Notes: generated from the letters alone by a model not told the origin. DNA of 64,000 bases from Tubiluchus corallicola (GCA_030141605.1 JAQGDQ010000123.1:248001-312000); one strand, 5' to 3'. Shown: positions 53,101 through 60,900, counted from the stretch's first letter. Translations and numbers: made by a program.

Positions 53101-54565
53101 TGGTCAGCTCAGGTGACAAGTGCCACGCCTTGATGTGAACTTCCTGCCAGGTTTTTCTAGGCTGGCCAACAAGTCTCATGCCTTCAACTTGAAGTTGAGT
53201 GTGAGCTTATCTATCTATCAACTTCAGCAAATTGATCCTCTGCTCTTTGGAGATGACACAACTAACGTAGCCTTGTACTATGTAGAACATCAGCAATGGC
53301 CACTTGATCTGCCCTCTTCCACAAGTCAGCACACTAATCCTGTTTCCTATCTTCACCATACACATCCAGTGTATCATCTGCATTTAATGTGTCTGAAAAA
53401 TAGATCGTCACTTATTTATAATATTAAAGAATGTTTACTTGTTGAACTAACATTTCAAGAAATGTAAACTGTAAATGTAAATGCGTGAATATAAAGCAAT
53501 CTTTCTTTTATTTTTTAGGTTGAAATTTCTGCAGGACTGGATTGACAAAGGACCACCAATTGTTTTTTGGTTATCTGGTTTCTATTTTACACAATCTTTC
53601 CTTACAGGTAAAAAGAATTTTCATAGATTACAGGTAACTGTAAAAGTCAATGAAGTTACATACTTCTATGCAATACAAGGGTGAGTAAGAAACTCATTAG
53701 TATGTTGTTCTAAATTAATGAATTTTGCAATTGTTTTATTTAATTGCAGGGGCTCTTCAGAATTACTCTAGGAAATACGCAATTCCAATAGACCAGGTTG
53801 GGTTTGAGTTTGAAGTGACATCGGAGGATGCTAATATGCACGAAAGACCTGAAGATGGTGTTTATATTAAGGTAGCAATGTTGGAATACATCGTGGCTGG
53901 GTTATAGATGTTAAGCACATATTTCAAGTTACCATTACATGTTTATTGTTTGAGCACAAAGTACTTACAAGTTTATGAACTTGGCTGGTTGGATAAGTTC
54001 CCCAACTTTTCTGTTTCATTGCTGAAAATACTTATTTTTGTATCATGTGTTTACCAGAAAGCTTGGCCAATTATCTGTAATTTATGAAGTGTATCTTGTT
54101 TTTGAAACTCCAGAACTTCTGCCTTACTAAATAGAAAAAAAATGCCTTCCTTAAGTTTGATAGTGCACAGCCAGACATTATTTTGCACGTCACAAGCCAC
54201 TTCGCTTGATCTGAATCATGCTTGCCTCTGTACAAGCTATTATTTAAGTACTAATCTAATTTTTCCAGGGTCTGTTTTTAGAAGGTGCCCGGTGGTCGCA
54301 AACTGCTAAACAAATTGAAGAGTCACTTCCAAAAATTATTTATGATTGTATGCCTGTCATATGGCTGCGACCGAAAAAGTATGTTGATATGCTGAGAAAA
54401 AGGACATATGCCTGTCCTGTTTACAAGACCAGTGCCCGTCGAGGTGTACTGTCCACTACTGGCCATTCAACAAACTACGTCCTGACTATCGAGTTACCTA
54501 GTGACAAACCTGAGAAACACTGGATTAACAGAGGTGTTGCAGCGTTGTGCCAACTCGATGATTAA
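285..54565 (+). CDS. DNAH3: Axonemal inner-arm dynein heavy chain (DNAH3-like), 5'-truncated by window; 53 exons
   Basis: Spliced frame is open and phase-consistent across all 53 exons. AAA1 [11 protein letters not shown]2 [11 protein letters not shown]3 [11 protein letters not shown]4 GVGGSGRHS, stalk/MTBD, AAA5-6. [22 protein letters not shown] and C-terminal [15 protein letters not shown] resemble DNAH3 as I recall it more than DNAH7/12; ortholog call needs a phylogeny. Confidence 0.9.
943..1141 (+). CDS. DNAH3: DNAH3-like exon
   Basis: [31 protein letters not shown]; AG/GT ends. Confidence 0.93.
1358..1627. repeat. 20-bp minisatellite, about 13 copies
   Basis: Unit TTGAAAAGTA(G/A)CAGTG(C/T)AC(G/A). 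Confidence 0.95.
1638..1746 (+). CDS. DNAH3: DNAH3-like exon, AAA1 Walker A
   Basis: [31 protein letters not shown]. Confidence 0.95.
1904..2102 (+). CDS. DNAH3: DNAH3-like exon, AAA1 Walker B
   Basis: [24 protein letters not shown]. Confidence 0.95.
2328..2419 (+). CDS. DNAH3: DNAH3-like exon, AAA1 sensor I
   Basis: [31 protein letters not shown]. Confidence 0.95.
2684..2758. repeat. Tandem triplication of a ~25-26-bp unit
   Basis: TGTCAGACAAATGTTTATTTT(T)CCCA x3. Confidence 0.9.
2781..2872 (+). CDS. DNAH3: DNAH3-like exon
   Basis: [26 protein letters not shown]. Confidence 0.93.
3128..3329 (+). CDS. DNAH3: DNAH3-like exon
   Basis: [38 protein letters not shown]. Confidence 0.95.
3610..3762 (+). 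CDS. DNAH3: DNAH3-like exon (GAG acceptor)
   Basis: tttttgag|[19 protein letters not shown]|gtaact. Confidence 0.92.
4158..4410 (+). CDS. DNAH3: DNAH3-like exon, AAA2 Walker A
   Basis: [40 protein letters not shown]. Confidence 0.95.
4713..5700. mobile_element. Non-autonomous Tc1/mariner (pogo/Tigger-like) element in a (TA)n tract
   Basis: 25-bp TIRs CAGTAGTCACCGCTTAATAGACTCA / TGAGTCTATTAAGCAGCGACTACTG (2 mismatches); TA on both sides; no transposase ORF. Confidence 0.85.
6568..6698 (+). CDS. DNAH3: DNAH3-like exon
   Basis: [34 protein letters not shown]. Confidence 0.95.
6900..7015. repeat. Dispersed repeat, copy 1
   Basis: GATGATGATCATAAAAAG..TCAAAG..TTAAGTGAACC..ACAACGCATTTGT..ACACTTGA; second copy at about 16520-16612. 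Confidence 0.75.
7832..7963 (+). CDS. DNAH3: DNAH3-like exon
   Basis: [31 protein letters not shown]. Confidence 0.95.
8714..8983 (+). CDS. DNAH3: DNAH3-like exon
   Basis: [17 protein letters not shown]; AG/GT ends. Confidence 0.9.
9507..9887. mobile_element. Foldback/palindromic MITE
   Basis: Left arm ACAATGTTGTGACAATATTTTTGCAAATATTG..AAATGTGGACTT is mirrored by right arm AAGTCCACATTT..CAATATTTGCATAAAATATTGTGAGAACATTGT; internal ACAATATTG-type subrepeats. Confidence 0.8.
9981..10136 (+). CDS. DNAH3: DNAH3-like exon
   Basis: [28 protein letters not shown]. Confidence 0.9.
10850..11030 (+). mobile_element. Helitron/Helentron-derived (HINE-like) non-autonomous fragment
   Basis: GACCATGTGACCTCGACTTTTGAC..ATATCAAATTT..ACACAGATAAATAGACAC, a motif order typical of these invertebrate elements. 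Confidence 0.45.
11736..11858 (+). CDS. DNAH3: DNAH3-like exon
   Basis: [25 protein letters not shown]. Confidence 0.88.
12427..12587 (+). CDS. DNAH3: DNAH3-like exon, AAA3 Walker A
   Basis: [27 protein letters not shown]. Confidence 0.93.
12670..13058. mobile_element. hAT-type MITE (diverged)
   Basis: Ends GCCGGATT..GGCTGCAGCCCATGGGCC and ..AATCCGGTC; similar to the 13734/46330 family. Confidence 0.55.
13498..13578 (+). CDS. DNAH3: DNAH3-like exon
   Basis: [26 protein letters not shown]. Confidence 0.93.
13734..14119 (-). mobile_element. hAT-type MITE, inverted copy of the 46330 element
   Basis: Both ends and internal TATTTTGCATTGCTGAATAA match the reverse complement of 46330-46641; TSD CTTGCAAT/TTTGCAAT. 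Confidence 0.8.
14848..14968 (+). CDS. DNAH3: DNAH3-like exon, AAA3 Walker B
   Basis: [40 protein letters not shown]. Confidence 0.95.
15063..15780 (+). mobile_element. Internally deleted hAT transposon with transposase C-terminal (dimerization domain) remnant
   Basis: Degenerate [49 protein letters not shown], matching the hATC motif; termini shared with 18587-18982. Confidence 0.75.
16336..16398 (+). CDS. DNAH3: DNAH3-like exon
   Basis: [21 protein letters not shown]. Confidence 0.9.
16440..16612. repeat. Dispersed repeat, copy 2
   Basis: Aligns by eye to 6900-7015. Confidence 0.7.
16997..17182 (+). CDS. DNAH3: DNAH3-like exon
   Basis: [23 protein letters not shown]. Confidence 0.94.
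18111..18337 (+). CDS. DNAH3: DNAH3-like exon
   Basis: [34 protein letters not shown]. Confidence 0.95.
18587..18982 (-). mobile_element. MITE of the same hAT family as 15063 (reverse orientation)
   Basis: GCCGTCTCAACAACATTATAGGCCCC..GCAAAGCAGTGCA and GCAACTGCCCATGCATTAAGATGGCC mirror the ends of the 15063 element. Confidence 0.65.
20464..20685 (+). CDS. DNAH3: DNAH3-like exon
   Basis: [23 protein letters not shown]. Confidence 0.9.
21295..21422 (+). CDS. DNAH3: DNAH3-like exon
   Basis: [36 protein letters not shown]. Confidence 0.94.
21918..22162. repeat. ~55-bp minisatellite, 4-5 copies
   Basis: Unit CCTTCAATCTGTTAACTACTTGCTCAATCCCRTCYGGGTTGGGATCTCACAGTGT. Confidence 0.9.
22683..22807 (+). 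CDS. DNAH3: DNAH3-like exon, AAA4 Walker A
   Basis: [23 protein letters not shown]. Confidence 0.94.
23197..23382 (+). CDS. DNAH3: DNAH3-like exon
   Basis: [31 protein letters not shown]. Confidence 0.94.
24226..24393 (+). CDS. DNAH3: DNAH3-like exon
   Basis: [34 protein letters not shown]. Confidence 0.95.
25004..25137 (+). CDS. DNAH3: DNAH3-like exon
   Basis: [15 protein letters not shown]. Confidence 0.93.
25583..25745 (+). CDS. DNAH3: DNAH3-like exon
   Basis: [31 protein letters not shown]. Confidence 0.94.
25919..26154. repeat. (CT)n microsatellite, about 235 bp
   Basis: Near-pure CT with CCCTCTTCCTCT interruptions. Confidence 0.97.
26546..26668 (+). CDS. DNAH3: DNAH3-like exon, stalk CC1
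   Basis: [15 protein letters not shown]. Confidence 0.92.
27115..27282 (+). CDS. DNAH3: DNAH3-like exon, stalk/MTBD (GAG acceptor)
   Basis: attgag|[31 protein letters not shown]. Confidence 0.92.
27936..28153 (+). CDS. DNAH3: DNAH3-like exon, microtubule-binding domain
   Basis: [24 protein letters not shown]. Confidence 0.94.
28329..28379. repeat. Degenerate interstitial telomere-like (CCCTAA)n
   Basis: AACCCTAACCCTAACCGTAATCCAAACTCTAACCCAAACCCTAATCCTAA. Confidence 0.8.
28927..29134 (+). CDS. DNAH3: DNAH3-like exon, MTBD/stalk CC2
   Basis: [37 protein letters not shown]. Confidence 0.94.
30650..30770 (+). CDS. DNAH3: DNAH3-like exon
   Basis: [21 protein letters not shown]. Confidence 0.92.
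31008..31147 (+). CDS. DNAH3: DNAH3-like exon
   Basis: [31 protein letters not shown]. Confidence 0.93.
31380..31657. mobile_element. Diverged partial copy of the 9507 foldback family
   Basis: CAATGTTGTGGCAAATCTACATTTC..ATATTTGCAAAAATCTTGTGACAACATT matches the right arm. Confidence 0.65.
31805..32006 (+). CDS. DNAH3: DNAH3-like exon, AAA5
   Basis: [28 protein letters not shown]. Confidence 0.94.
32475..32677 (+). CDS. DNAH3: DNAH3-like exon
   Basis: [22 protein letters not shown]. Confidence 0.94.
32969..33073 (+). CDS. DNAH3: DNAH3-like exon
   Basis: [30 protein letters not shown]. Confidence 0.93.
33362..33547 (+). CDS. DNAH3: DNAH3-like exon
   Basis: [30 protein letters not shown]. 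Confidence 0.95.
33688..33768 (+). CDS. DNAH3: DNAH3-like exon
   Basis: [17 protein letters not shown]. Confidence 0.93.
34819..34980 (+). CDS. DNAH3: DNAH3-like exon
   Basis: [28 protein letters not shown]. Confidence 0.93.
35989..36805. mobile_element. TIR element with subterminal tandem repeats
   Basis: Left (GACATTTGGGCAC)x3-4; right TGGTGCCCAAATGGCTGTACCCAATT; related right end (GTCCAAATGTC)n at 42727-42808. Confidence 0.6.
37254..37414 (+). CDS. DNAH3: DNAH3-like exon
   Basis: [19 protein letters not shown]. Confidence 0.94.
37786..38699. mobile_element. hAT-type non-autonomous element
   Basis: CAGGGGCGT..ACACCACTG ends; AAAAAATTGGGGGGGG near both ends; TSD GTTATGTT/GTTACGTT. Confidence 0.8.
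38980..39058 (+). mobile_element. L2-like LINE 3' tail
   Basis: CAGCGCCTTTG..TTTTATTGAAAGAGCAC..AAATAA..(TTA)n; matches the tail at 47210-47262. Confidence 0.6.
39231..39677. mobile_element. Possible solo LTR (GC-rich island)
   Basis: Starts TGTTAT, ends ATACA; abrupt GC shift; TSD imperfect. Confidence 0.35.
40026..40183 (+). CDS. DNAH3: DNAH3-like exon (GAG acceptor)
   Basis: ttttcgag|a [22 protein letters not shown]. Confidence 0.9.
40472..40626 (+). CDS. DNAH3: DNAH3-like exon
   Basis: [21 protein letters not shown]. Confidence 0.93.
41345..41710. repeat. ~70-bp diverged minisatellite, about 5 copies
   Basis: Unit CTGTAATCAGTAGCTAACCTACCACAGCCCAGCAGTCTAGACTCTAGACAGCATCAGCAGATAAACCAGTTTT. 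Confidence 0.85.
41852..42058 (+). CDS. DNAH3: DNAH3-like exon, AAA6
   Basis: [19 protein letters not shown]. Confidence 0.95.
42727..42808. repeat. Subterminal repeat array (GTCCAAATGTC) of a TIR element
   Basis: Four diverged units, reverse-complement-like to the GACATTTGGGCAC units at 35989. Confidence 0.55.
43811..43927 (+). CDS. DNAH3: DNAH3-like exon
   Basis: [19 protein letters not shown]. Confidence 0.95.
45593..45796 (+). CDS. DNAH3: DNAH3-like exon
   Basis: [30 protein letters not shown]. Confidence 0.95.
45858..46045. mobile_element. Short Tc1/pogo-type MITE
   Basis: TA-TAGTCAAACCTTGTTATAA ... GCGATATAAGGAGATTGACTA-TA inverted ends. Confidence 0.55.
46330..46641 (+). mobile_element. 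hAT-type MITE with perfect 8-bp TSD
   Basis: CTTACAAG|CAGGGCCAGATTAT...ATAATGTGTCCCTG|CTTACAAG. Confidence 0.9.
46960..47262 (+). mobile_element. L2-like LINE 3' fragment
   Basis: [34 protein letters not shown] (L2 ORF2 C-terminal motif) plus AAATAAATGCATTATTTATTA tail. Confidence 0.75.
47459..47596 (+). CDS. DNAH3: DNAH3-like exon
   Basis: [34 protein letters not shown]. Confidence 0.95.
48806..48969 (+). CDS. DNAH3: DNAH3-like exon
   Basis: [19 protein letters not shown]. Confidence 0.95.
49463..49550. repeat. (GTA/GTG/GCA)n trinucleotide microsatellite
   Basis: Direct inspection. Confidence 0.8.
49653..49806 (+). CDS. DNAH3: DNAH3-like exon
   Basis: [23 protein letters not shown]. Confidence 0.94.
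50222..50360 (-). mobile_element. LINE 3' end with (CTATGT)n tail and stem-loop
   Basis: (AGACAT)3 next to an AATAAA-containing end on the minus strand; hairpin GCAGGGCA..TGCCCTG. Confidence 0.45.
51231..51489 (+). CDS. DNAH3: DNAH3-like exon
   Basis: [32 protein letters not shown]. Confidence 0.94.
51950..52002. repeat. (CTA/CTG)n microsatellite
   Basis: Direct inspection. Confidence 0.85.
52484..52619 (+). CDS. DNAH3: DNAH3-like exon
   Basis: [24 protein letters not shown]. Confidence 0.94.
53003..53400 (-). mobile_element. RTE-clade LINE 3' fragment
   Basis: Minus strand [25 protein letters not shown] (RTE ORF C-terminal motifs EMRMLRWM/RGRPRKTW) and (GAT)n tail. Confidence 0.75.
53519..53607 (+). 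CDS. DNAH3: DNAH3-like exon
   Basis: [29 protein letters not shown]. Confidence 0.94.
53750..53871 (+). CDS. DNAH3: DNAH3-like exon
   Basis: [23 protein letters not shown]. Confidence 0.94.
54269..54565 (+). CDS. DNAH3: DNAH3-like terminal exon
   Basis: [36 protein letters not shown]. Confidence 0.95.
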   Translation, partial: GLFLEGARWSQTAKQIEESLPKIIYDCMPVIWLRPKKYVDMLRKRTYACPVYKTSARRGVLSTTGHSTNYVLTIELPSDKPEKHWINRGVAALCQLDD

Positions 54566-54706
54566 TGCATTTACAACTGTAGGAATTTTTAATGAAATTA
54601 ACTGATATTTAGCTTAGCTTAATGAATGAGTTTGCTGAAACTTGTAGAATATTATATTTTTATCTTATTGCCTGGTAAAATCTCAGTAAGATTTCTGTCC
54701 ATATGT

Positions 54707-54712
54707 AATAAA
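54707..54712 (+). terminator. Putative polyadenylation signal of dynein gene
   Basis: AATAAA about 140 nt after the stop codon, followed by U/GU-rich sequence. Confidence 0.5.
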
Positions 54713-55619
54713 AGACCATAATTTGTATGCATACTGTTTGAAATAGTTTTTCAAATATAACAGTTATTGTAATACATGTTAAAAATGTTTGTACTTTTTT
54801 ATGTTTGTTTTAAAATCAGCATTTAGCAAGATAAGTTGGGCACAGTAGATGACAACCCTAAAAGGGTCCGTAGCATTAAATGGCTAATAACCGCTATTAC
54901 ACAAATACATACATTCTTTGCTTGTTAAATTTGCCGTCTACTCAAACCAACAGTAGAATGGGGTGACAGTCCATTAATTGCTAACATTGTTTCTGTTAAT
55001 TTTCTGCTGCCGGTATGAGCGTTCGGGATTGGGGCCATTCTGACCCCTACTCCTGAATCGAGATTTTAAAGCATTTCAAGTAAAAAGCGTTCAAATTTTC
55101 TAAACAAACAAAAAATATAATATGTCATTTAACATTCATTGTTGGTGAATTAAACAATTTGGTCGTCAATATATTTTCCTGACACTTCAGTTAATTTTTT
55201 CACTTGAGGCCTGAATTGATCAATAGTTTTATTGAAAATACAATCCCAATGTTAATACAGTAAAATTATACATATATACTATGTATTGTCTGTTTTTTAT
55301 TTTTATGGACCTGGCGGCAATATCAAACAAAGTTTTTATTTTCTGGACTTCATCGTAAAAATTAGTTCATAAGTGCTAAAATGTTTCTGGGTTTGCCCTG
55401 TTGAATTTTATACGTTCAGGGTACAATACAATTTTATTGAATAAAAGCTCTCGGCTATCTACCATATTATATAAAAAGGTTTTTACTTTACATTTTCATC
55501 CTCGTTATTTGCAATCTTGGCACATCTGATTTCTGCCTAGGTGTTGCTACCTGACTAATATTTGTGAACAGCAAAATTAATCGGCCCATGGTCACAAATT
55601 TAGCCCAGTATGAGTGCAT

Positions 55620-56230
55620 GATTTTGATTTCACAGGGCTAGGCTTACGGATAAAGCTCAAAAGTACGAATATCCTCGATGATTACAAATGGCACTGCAGT
55701 TCTGCTACTGCCTCGTCACATAGTACCTGTGTGGGCTACAGAGGAATGGCCGGGAAGAGAGAATGATGCTCTTCTGAAGACACTCATTCTTCTGAACATC
55801 AGAGCCAAACTAATCCGATCAGCGATATTAAAGGCTCATACTTGGGGAGAAAGCTCCTGCCCGCGCGGCCCAGTAGAGTGAGACAGGAGTGGATTCTGGT
55901 CACCTTCTGTACAGGATGTATAATGCTGGAATCTATACATCCAAACATGAGACTGCTGAAACGGAAAGCACCTGGTCAGATATGGAGCAACTGGAGCAAT
56001 CTTGGGTCTTAACCAAATGTTCGTCACTGTTATCGTCTAAGGACTGGGTGAGCTAGCTACCCAGTAGCTGAACGCTGTGTGCCTTTGACTGTGTCATCCA
56101 CTTTTGGGATATGGAGCAGCTGCAAGTGTTCTTATATAGACTTTAACCAAATGATCATCACTTATCAGTGAAGGTTGTCTAGAGGTTTGTTGTAGTGCTG
56201 CTCGAGCCCTAAGGGTGACCAAATCCGATG
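55620..56230 (+). mobile_element. Degraded GC-rich retroelement remnant (possible LINE endonuclease)
   Basis: Frameshifted HETAE-NGKHLVRYGATG..LNQMF resembles the APE motif NxNGxxLxxxC. Confidence 0.35.
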
Positions 56231-56269
56231 CCTGTGAAAACAAATCAAATGAAAATAAATAACAGAAAA

Positions 56270-56635
56270 TATTACGTAGCACAATGCTTGAACTGGTTTT
56301 CAATGTATATTGAAAATGCCATCCTGAAGACCATCGACTTAAAGCCAGTTATAAAGCAATTCTCTGCAAGCAAATTTTTCACAAATGTTTGTGCTGAACA
56401 CTTGATTAATAATAAATAATTCATAGTAATTTCATACTGTGCCATCACTACCAATTGTGTACTTACCATTTATATGTTCAAATTTTTGTGTTGTTTAATC
56501 CTTGCTGTGCACCATGTTTTTCAATGTTTAAACACTGATTTTGTTGGAAGTACCAATACAATAAATATAATCGATGTTTATCGAACATAGGGCCCTGTGC
56601 CTTGCTTTGCTTGGAGACCTATTCCTAATAAGCTG
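56270..56635 (+). mobile_element. Second copy of the hAT transposase 3' remnant
   Basis: LNWFSMYIENAILKTIDLKPVIKQFS plus downstream TTGATTAATAATAAATAAT..CAATACAATAAA shared with 15340-15690. Confidence 0.75.
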
Positions 56636-56739
56636 ATCAGAAATTGTTCAATAATCACAACCCATAATCACTGTTCGTTCACCGATCGGTTCAGCCCAAC
56701 ACTAATACTGATTGATTAATGATGAAATAAAATTCACTA

Positions 56740-57050
56740 CCTCATAGTTGGAAGTTAGCCAACGTAACACTTATTTTTAAGAAAGGCCTGTGTAGTGATC
56801 CTGGTAATTATTGGCCTATTTCTTTAACTTCATTAGTATGTAAAGTCATGAGATCTATTTTGCGGAGTTATATCATTGTTCATTTTGAAAAGAATATTAT
56901 TTGACTCCTAACATGGATTCACTAAAGGCCATTCTTGCTTGACCAATCCAATAAGTTTTTTCGGTGATATCACTTCTATGCTTGATCAAGGAAGTCCTGT
57001 TGATGTCGTTTATTTTGATTTTGCCATGGCTTTGCTCATCGAAGACTGCT
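56740..57050 (+). mobile_element. CR1 LINE reverse transcriptase fragment (pseudogenised)
   Basis: WKLANVTLIFKKG..DPGNYWPISLTSLVCK..HGFTKGHSCLTN..VDVVYFDFAMA with frameshifts. Confidence 0.88.
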
Positions 57051-57319
57051 TAGAAAGATTAAAGCCCATAGTGTTTCTGGAGTTACGGGTTTCTGAGTGT
57101 ACTCGCTTAACCCCTAATCACGACAGTATAACAGCAGTGTATTAATTGGTTCTGAGTAAACTGGAAAAATGATTTTCTATAGATGCACCATATCAAATAG
57201 TGCTTTTGTAGGACATAAAAATTTTTAGTTCCAATGTACTTTGGAGCAGTAAATTTAGAACAAGAGATTTCGATAAAAGATATGTAATAGTTCTCTATTT
57301 TTGAAAACTTGAAACATGA

Positions 57320-57520
57320 ACAGAACAGACAACGGCGGTCGCCGTACAGCAGCAGAAAACTATGACCAAAGTGCGCACTGTGCTGGCGCATGCAGTAGGC
57401 GATCACGTGGTATTATGCTAATTACTTTTCGCTCGGGTGTTTCCGGGTCGGCAAACTTCGTTGTTTGTCGTAAGTTTTCACAGCGGCCGCCATTTTCACG
57501 TAGATTTTGGGCACCGGAGT
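57320..57520 (+). promoter_or_regulatory. CpG-rich housekeeping promoter of CBP/p300
   Basis: Local CpG enrichment in AT-rich DNA; NRF1-like GCGCATGCA (57386), E-box CACGTG (57404), YY1 consensus CCGCCATTTT (57487). Confidence 0.65.
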
Positions 57521-57898
57521 TCGTAGATTTTATATTCGCTTTAGCTGCCTTAATTTGTGTTATGTATAAATTATTCTTTTCGAAAATATGCACGAGAGTA
57601 CCAGCAGTAAATATGTGCAAAAAACATTTTCGCTGGGCGTTCACATGTTCATATTACTAATGACTTTTGTACAGTGTTAATATGCGCATTGAGTAGTCGT
57701 TTTGGACGCTTGTTTACCTGTTAAAACTGTGATGCCCTGAACAGCCAACGAGATTTTATTATGAATTTTTACGTTTCTTTTATTTATTTGTTACTTTGCG
57801 AGTAGCTGATAATTTGGTGCAATTATTTTGAGTTGTGTAGTCACCGTTTCGTACTGCTTTGGTGAAAAACTTTCAAGCAGTTCGTTGTCAACATTACC

Positions 57899-57995
57899 AT
57901 GGCTGAACGACATCAGGTTCACGAACTTGGCCAAGAAGATTTGCCTGCCAAAAGACAGAAACTGTCATCTCCAACACTTTCTTTATCTAATCATG
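57899..57995 (+). CDS. CREBBP: CBP/p300 coding exon 1 (NLS)
   Basis: accATGg context; [32 protein letters not shown]|gtaatt. Confidence 0.85.
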
Positions 57996-60900
57996 GTAAT
58001 TTAAAAAATATTTTCTATTTTTTTCCACTCTGATTTGACTAGAGTGTAGTAATTCAATTTATAATGTATATTGTACTAGAGTAGAGTTTCCCCTGGAATG
58101 AGCTACATTTAAACAGGTCTGTAAAATTCACTGTAAAAACCATGCTACAATTTCACGCAATTTTAAACTTGACGATTTAAGCCTAACTGAGTAAATTTTT
58201 AGAATCACGCATGTGTAACATAGAAAACTGATTTCTATTCTTATTTTTTCGTGAATCGAATTGAAACCAATAACTGTGCAGGCTTCCAAACAAAATCTAG
58301 CTAACAACTAGAAAATTTAAATGTAAATTACAAATATAATAAAGTTATGTTATACATGTTTAATGGAATATATTGATTTTGTATATTATGTAAAATATTT
58401 TTTTCTTTATATTATATTGCACAGATATTATTAATCGGTCACAGTCTGAGCAAAAAGTAATGTGTCAGCAGTGGGAATGTTACCAAAATGGAAATTTCGT
58501 TTCAGTTTGCTGATAGTTACCTTTTCGGTTCAGTTTCGTTTTTGTCAAAAATTATTAAGTTTTCCAGACACTTTCACTAATTTTCGGTTGCATTTTTCCG
58601 AGGTACTAGTAGTATTTATCCAGCTTACCTTTTCTTTTCTTTAGATGTCAAAAACCACCGAAAAATCTTAGGTAAAATACTTCATATAAAGAGAAATTGT
58701 CATTTATTTAACTTTTTCGAACATTTTTACATGGCAATGCTGCACATCTTCATTGCTGATGACTGTGAAGCTTTAAGATCTCCTTTCATCCCAGGCATAA
58801 TCAACCATATATAAAATATAAAAATATGAACAAAACCAAGTTTAACTTTATGATTTAGACAACTAAATACACTCACTCGGAATATTTTTAGTGCACAACC
58901 AGCCGTGAATTTTATAATCTTTTTGTATGTTCATAGGTACCTGACAATCGTATGCGTGCATTTTTTTAATTTAATATTTCGGCGAGGACGCAACCATGTT
59001 TTTTATGGCTAACTTTAGGCCGTGGTTACCATTCTGTAAAGTGCTTATTATCATATCAATTGGTAGCTAAAAATGATTGAATTTTCTGTCAAATTATCAT
59101 ATTAACGACCTAGTAGTGTTGTCGATTATAATTATTAGAACATATGTTCTTACCAAGGACACGAAAAAGATAATCATCTGTCCCATATATCTCATTCATA
59201 CCATACGAAAAAACTGAAACACAAACTAAAGGAAAGAAAATTTGTTTCCTCCCTCTCTAAATCCCTTTTGAATTCATGAGGTAAGACATAAACAGTTTTG
59301 TTTTGAGGCCCACCTTAATTTATTAATCTTATTTGAATACTGGTGATGTACATTACAGTACTTGGTACAAGCAATTTTTCTATTGGAAATTAGGCCAGAC
59401 AGTTAAAAAATCTGTCTGTTTCATTTTTTTCAATGTGTAAAGAATTATTCTATACAACATTAATTTTGTACAGCAATTTGACAACCTTACAATGTATGAA
59501 ATGTTTTCCTTTGCCCGAAAAATATGAGAAAAGCTTATCACTGATGCTTAAATTGCAAAATTAAAACAGTCTAGCAAGAAATTGTTAATGATTAACGAAG
59601 TCCCAAACAACTCCTTTAGTTAAATGCTGCCTGAGCAGCTGTGGCTAGACATGTTTAAGTGTTCAACAATGGAGCTGTGCAACTTGAGGTTGTGTGAAAG
59701 TTAATAAGCTTAACTGTTAGCCACCTAGCTGAGTTATCTCATATTGCAGAAATGTAGAGACATTGGATTGTGGGCGGCTATGCTTGGTACCCTATCTCAC
59801 AAGTGCGCGCCAGCCCAGTACTGTAACTATGAAAGTTTAACCAGATCAAAATTGGTCGATATTTATGCAAATATCTGCAGTTTGATTTATCGTGAAATAG
59901 CAAAATTTTGCTAAATATCAGGAAAATCTGTTTTCGAAAAGTTCAGTTTTCGAAAGAAATGGAAGAGTGGAATTAAAAAATAGCATTTCCATAATGAGCG
60001 CTTTTTGCAGACATTTGACATACTGTGTTTATCAATAAGTTGCAGTTTCACTGCGAAAATGAAATACATTTTGTCACATATTACACAGTAAACAAAAAGT
60101 TCATTGATTTTAAACACGTGCATTGTTGTAAAACTAAATTCAATGGCCCTTACTGGGCACATTAGTTATGCACGGCTAATTCATTATTGCAGAATCGCTC
60201 TTATTTGTGTTTGAATTTGCTTCTCAATCGGATATACTTAATGATGATTTTAAAACACAATTTCATCTAAAGAAGTTTTTTCAACATTATAGGATTTGAC
60301 AGGTTGACTGCCGCAAAACCAGCTCTCCAACCATCACCTGGTTTTACCGTTCAGAACAATGTACCATAACCTGGGTCATTACCAAGACTAATCCTCTGAG
60401 AAACCATTACCCCCTGACATTGAGCTAAGATCCAGACTCGTCACAAATACCAACGTATTGAGTAGGCCGTTTCGCTGAATGCTACATTACTTGTATAAAG
60501 TATAATCCATTTGTCCATATTGCACAAAAAATAATATTGTACATGTCTCTAACTTTACATTGTAGCTTTAGAATTCAAACATCATTTGTGTTGCTTATTT
60601 TTTCAGATGCCTTTGACAGTTTTTGGGAATCTGTCATGGGAGAACATCCGCCTCCATCTAGCAACTCCACAACTCTCAGTGCACCATCGTCGCAGAGTCT
60701 AGTAAACGGCACTATAATAGACAACCCTTCTTTAGCCCGGCTCTTACCAAACAAAGCAGGACCGAAGTCCAGTAGTCCACAATGTGCCACTCGTGGCGCA
60801 ACTTCCAGTCCTGGATTTCAGCGAAGCCCAATTTACAATCACTTGGCATCTCCACCGCCAAATATTGTAAACAGTAAATCAGCAACACCTTCTAGTAGTC

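Noticed and set aside
53625-53640. Second TTACAG|GTAA donor-like site 26 nt after the real donor
   Set aside because: Would shift the frame, and nothing suggests it is used; likely chance or a small duplication.
285-54565. Dynein pseudogene, stop readthrough or alternative genetic code
   Set aside because: All 53 exons join in phase with GT-AG ends; I saw no internal stops under the standard code.
57316-57660. 114-aa plus and 94-aa minus ORFs at the CBP promoter
   Set aside because: No recognisable domain; expected by chance in a GC-richer promoter/UTR.
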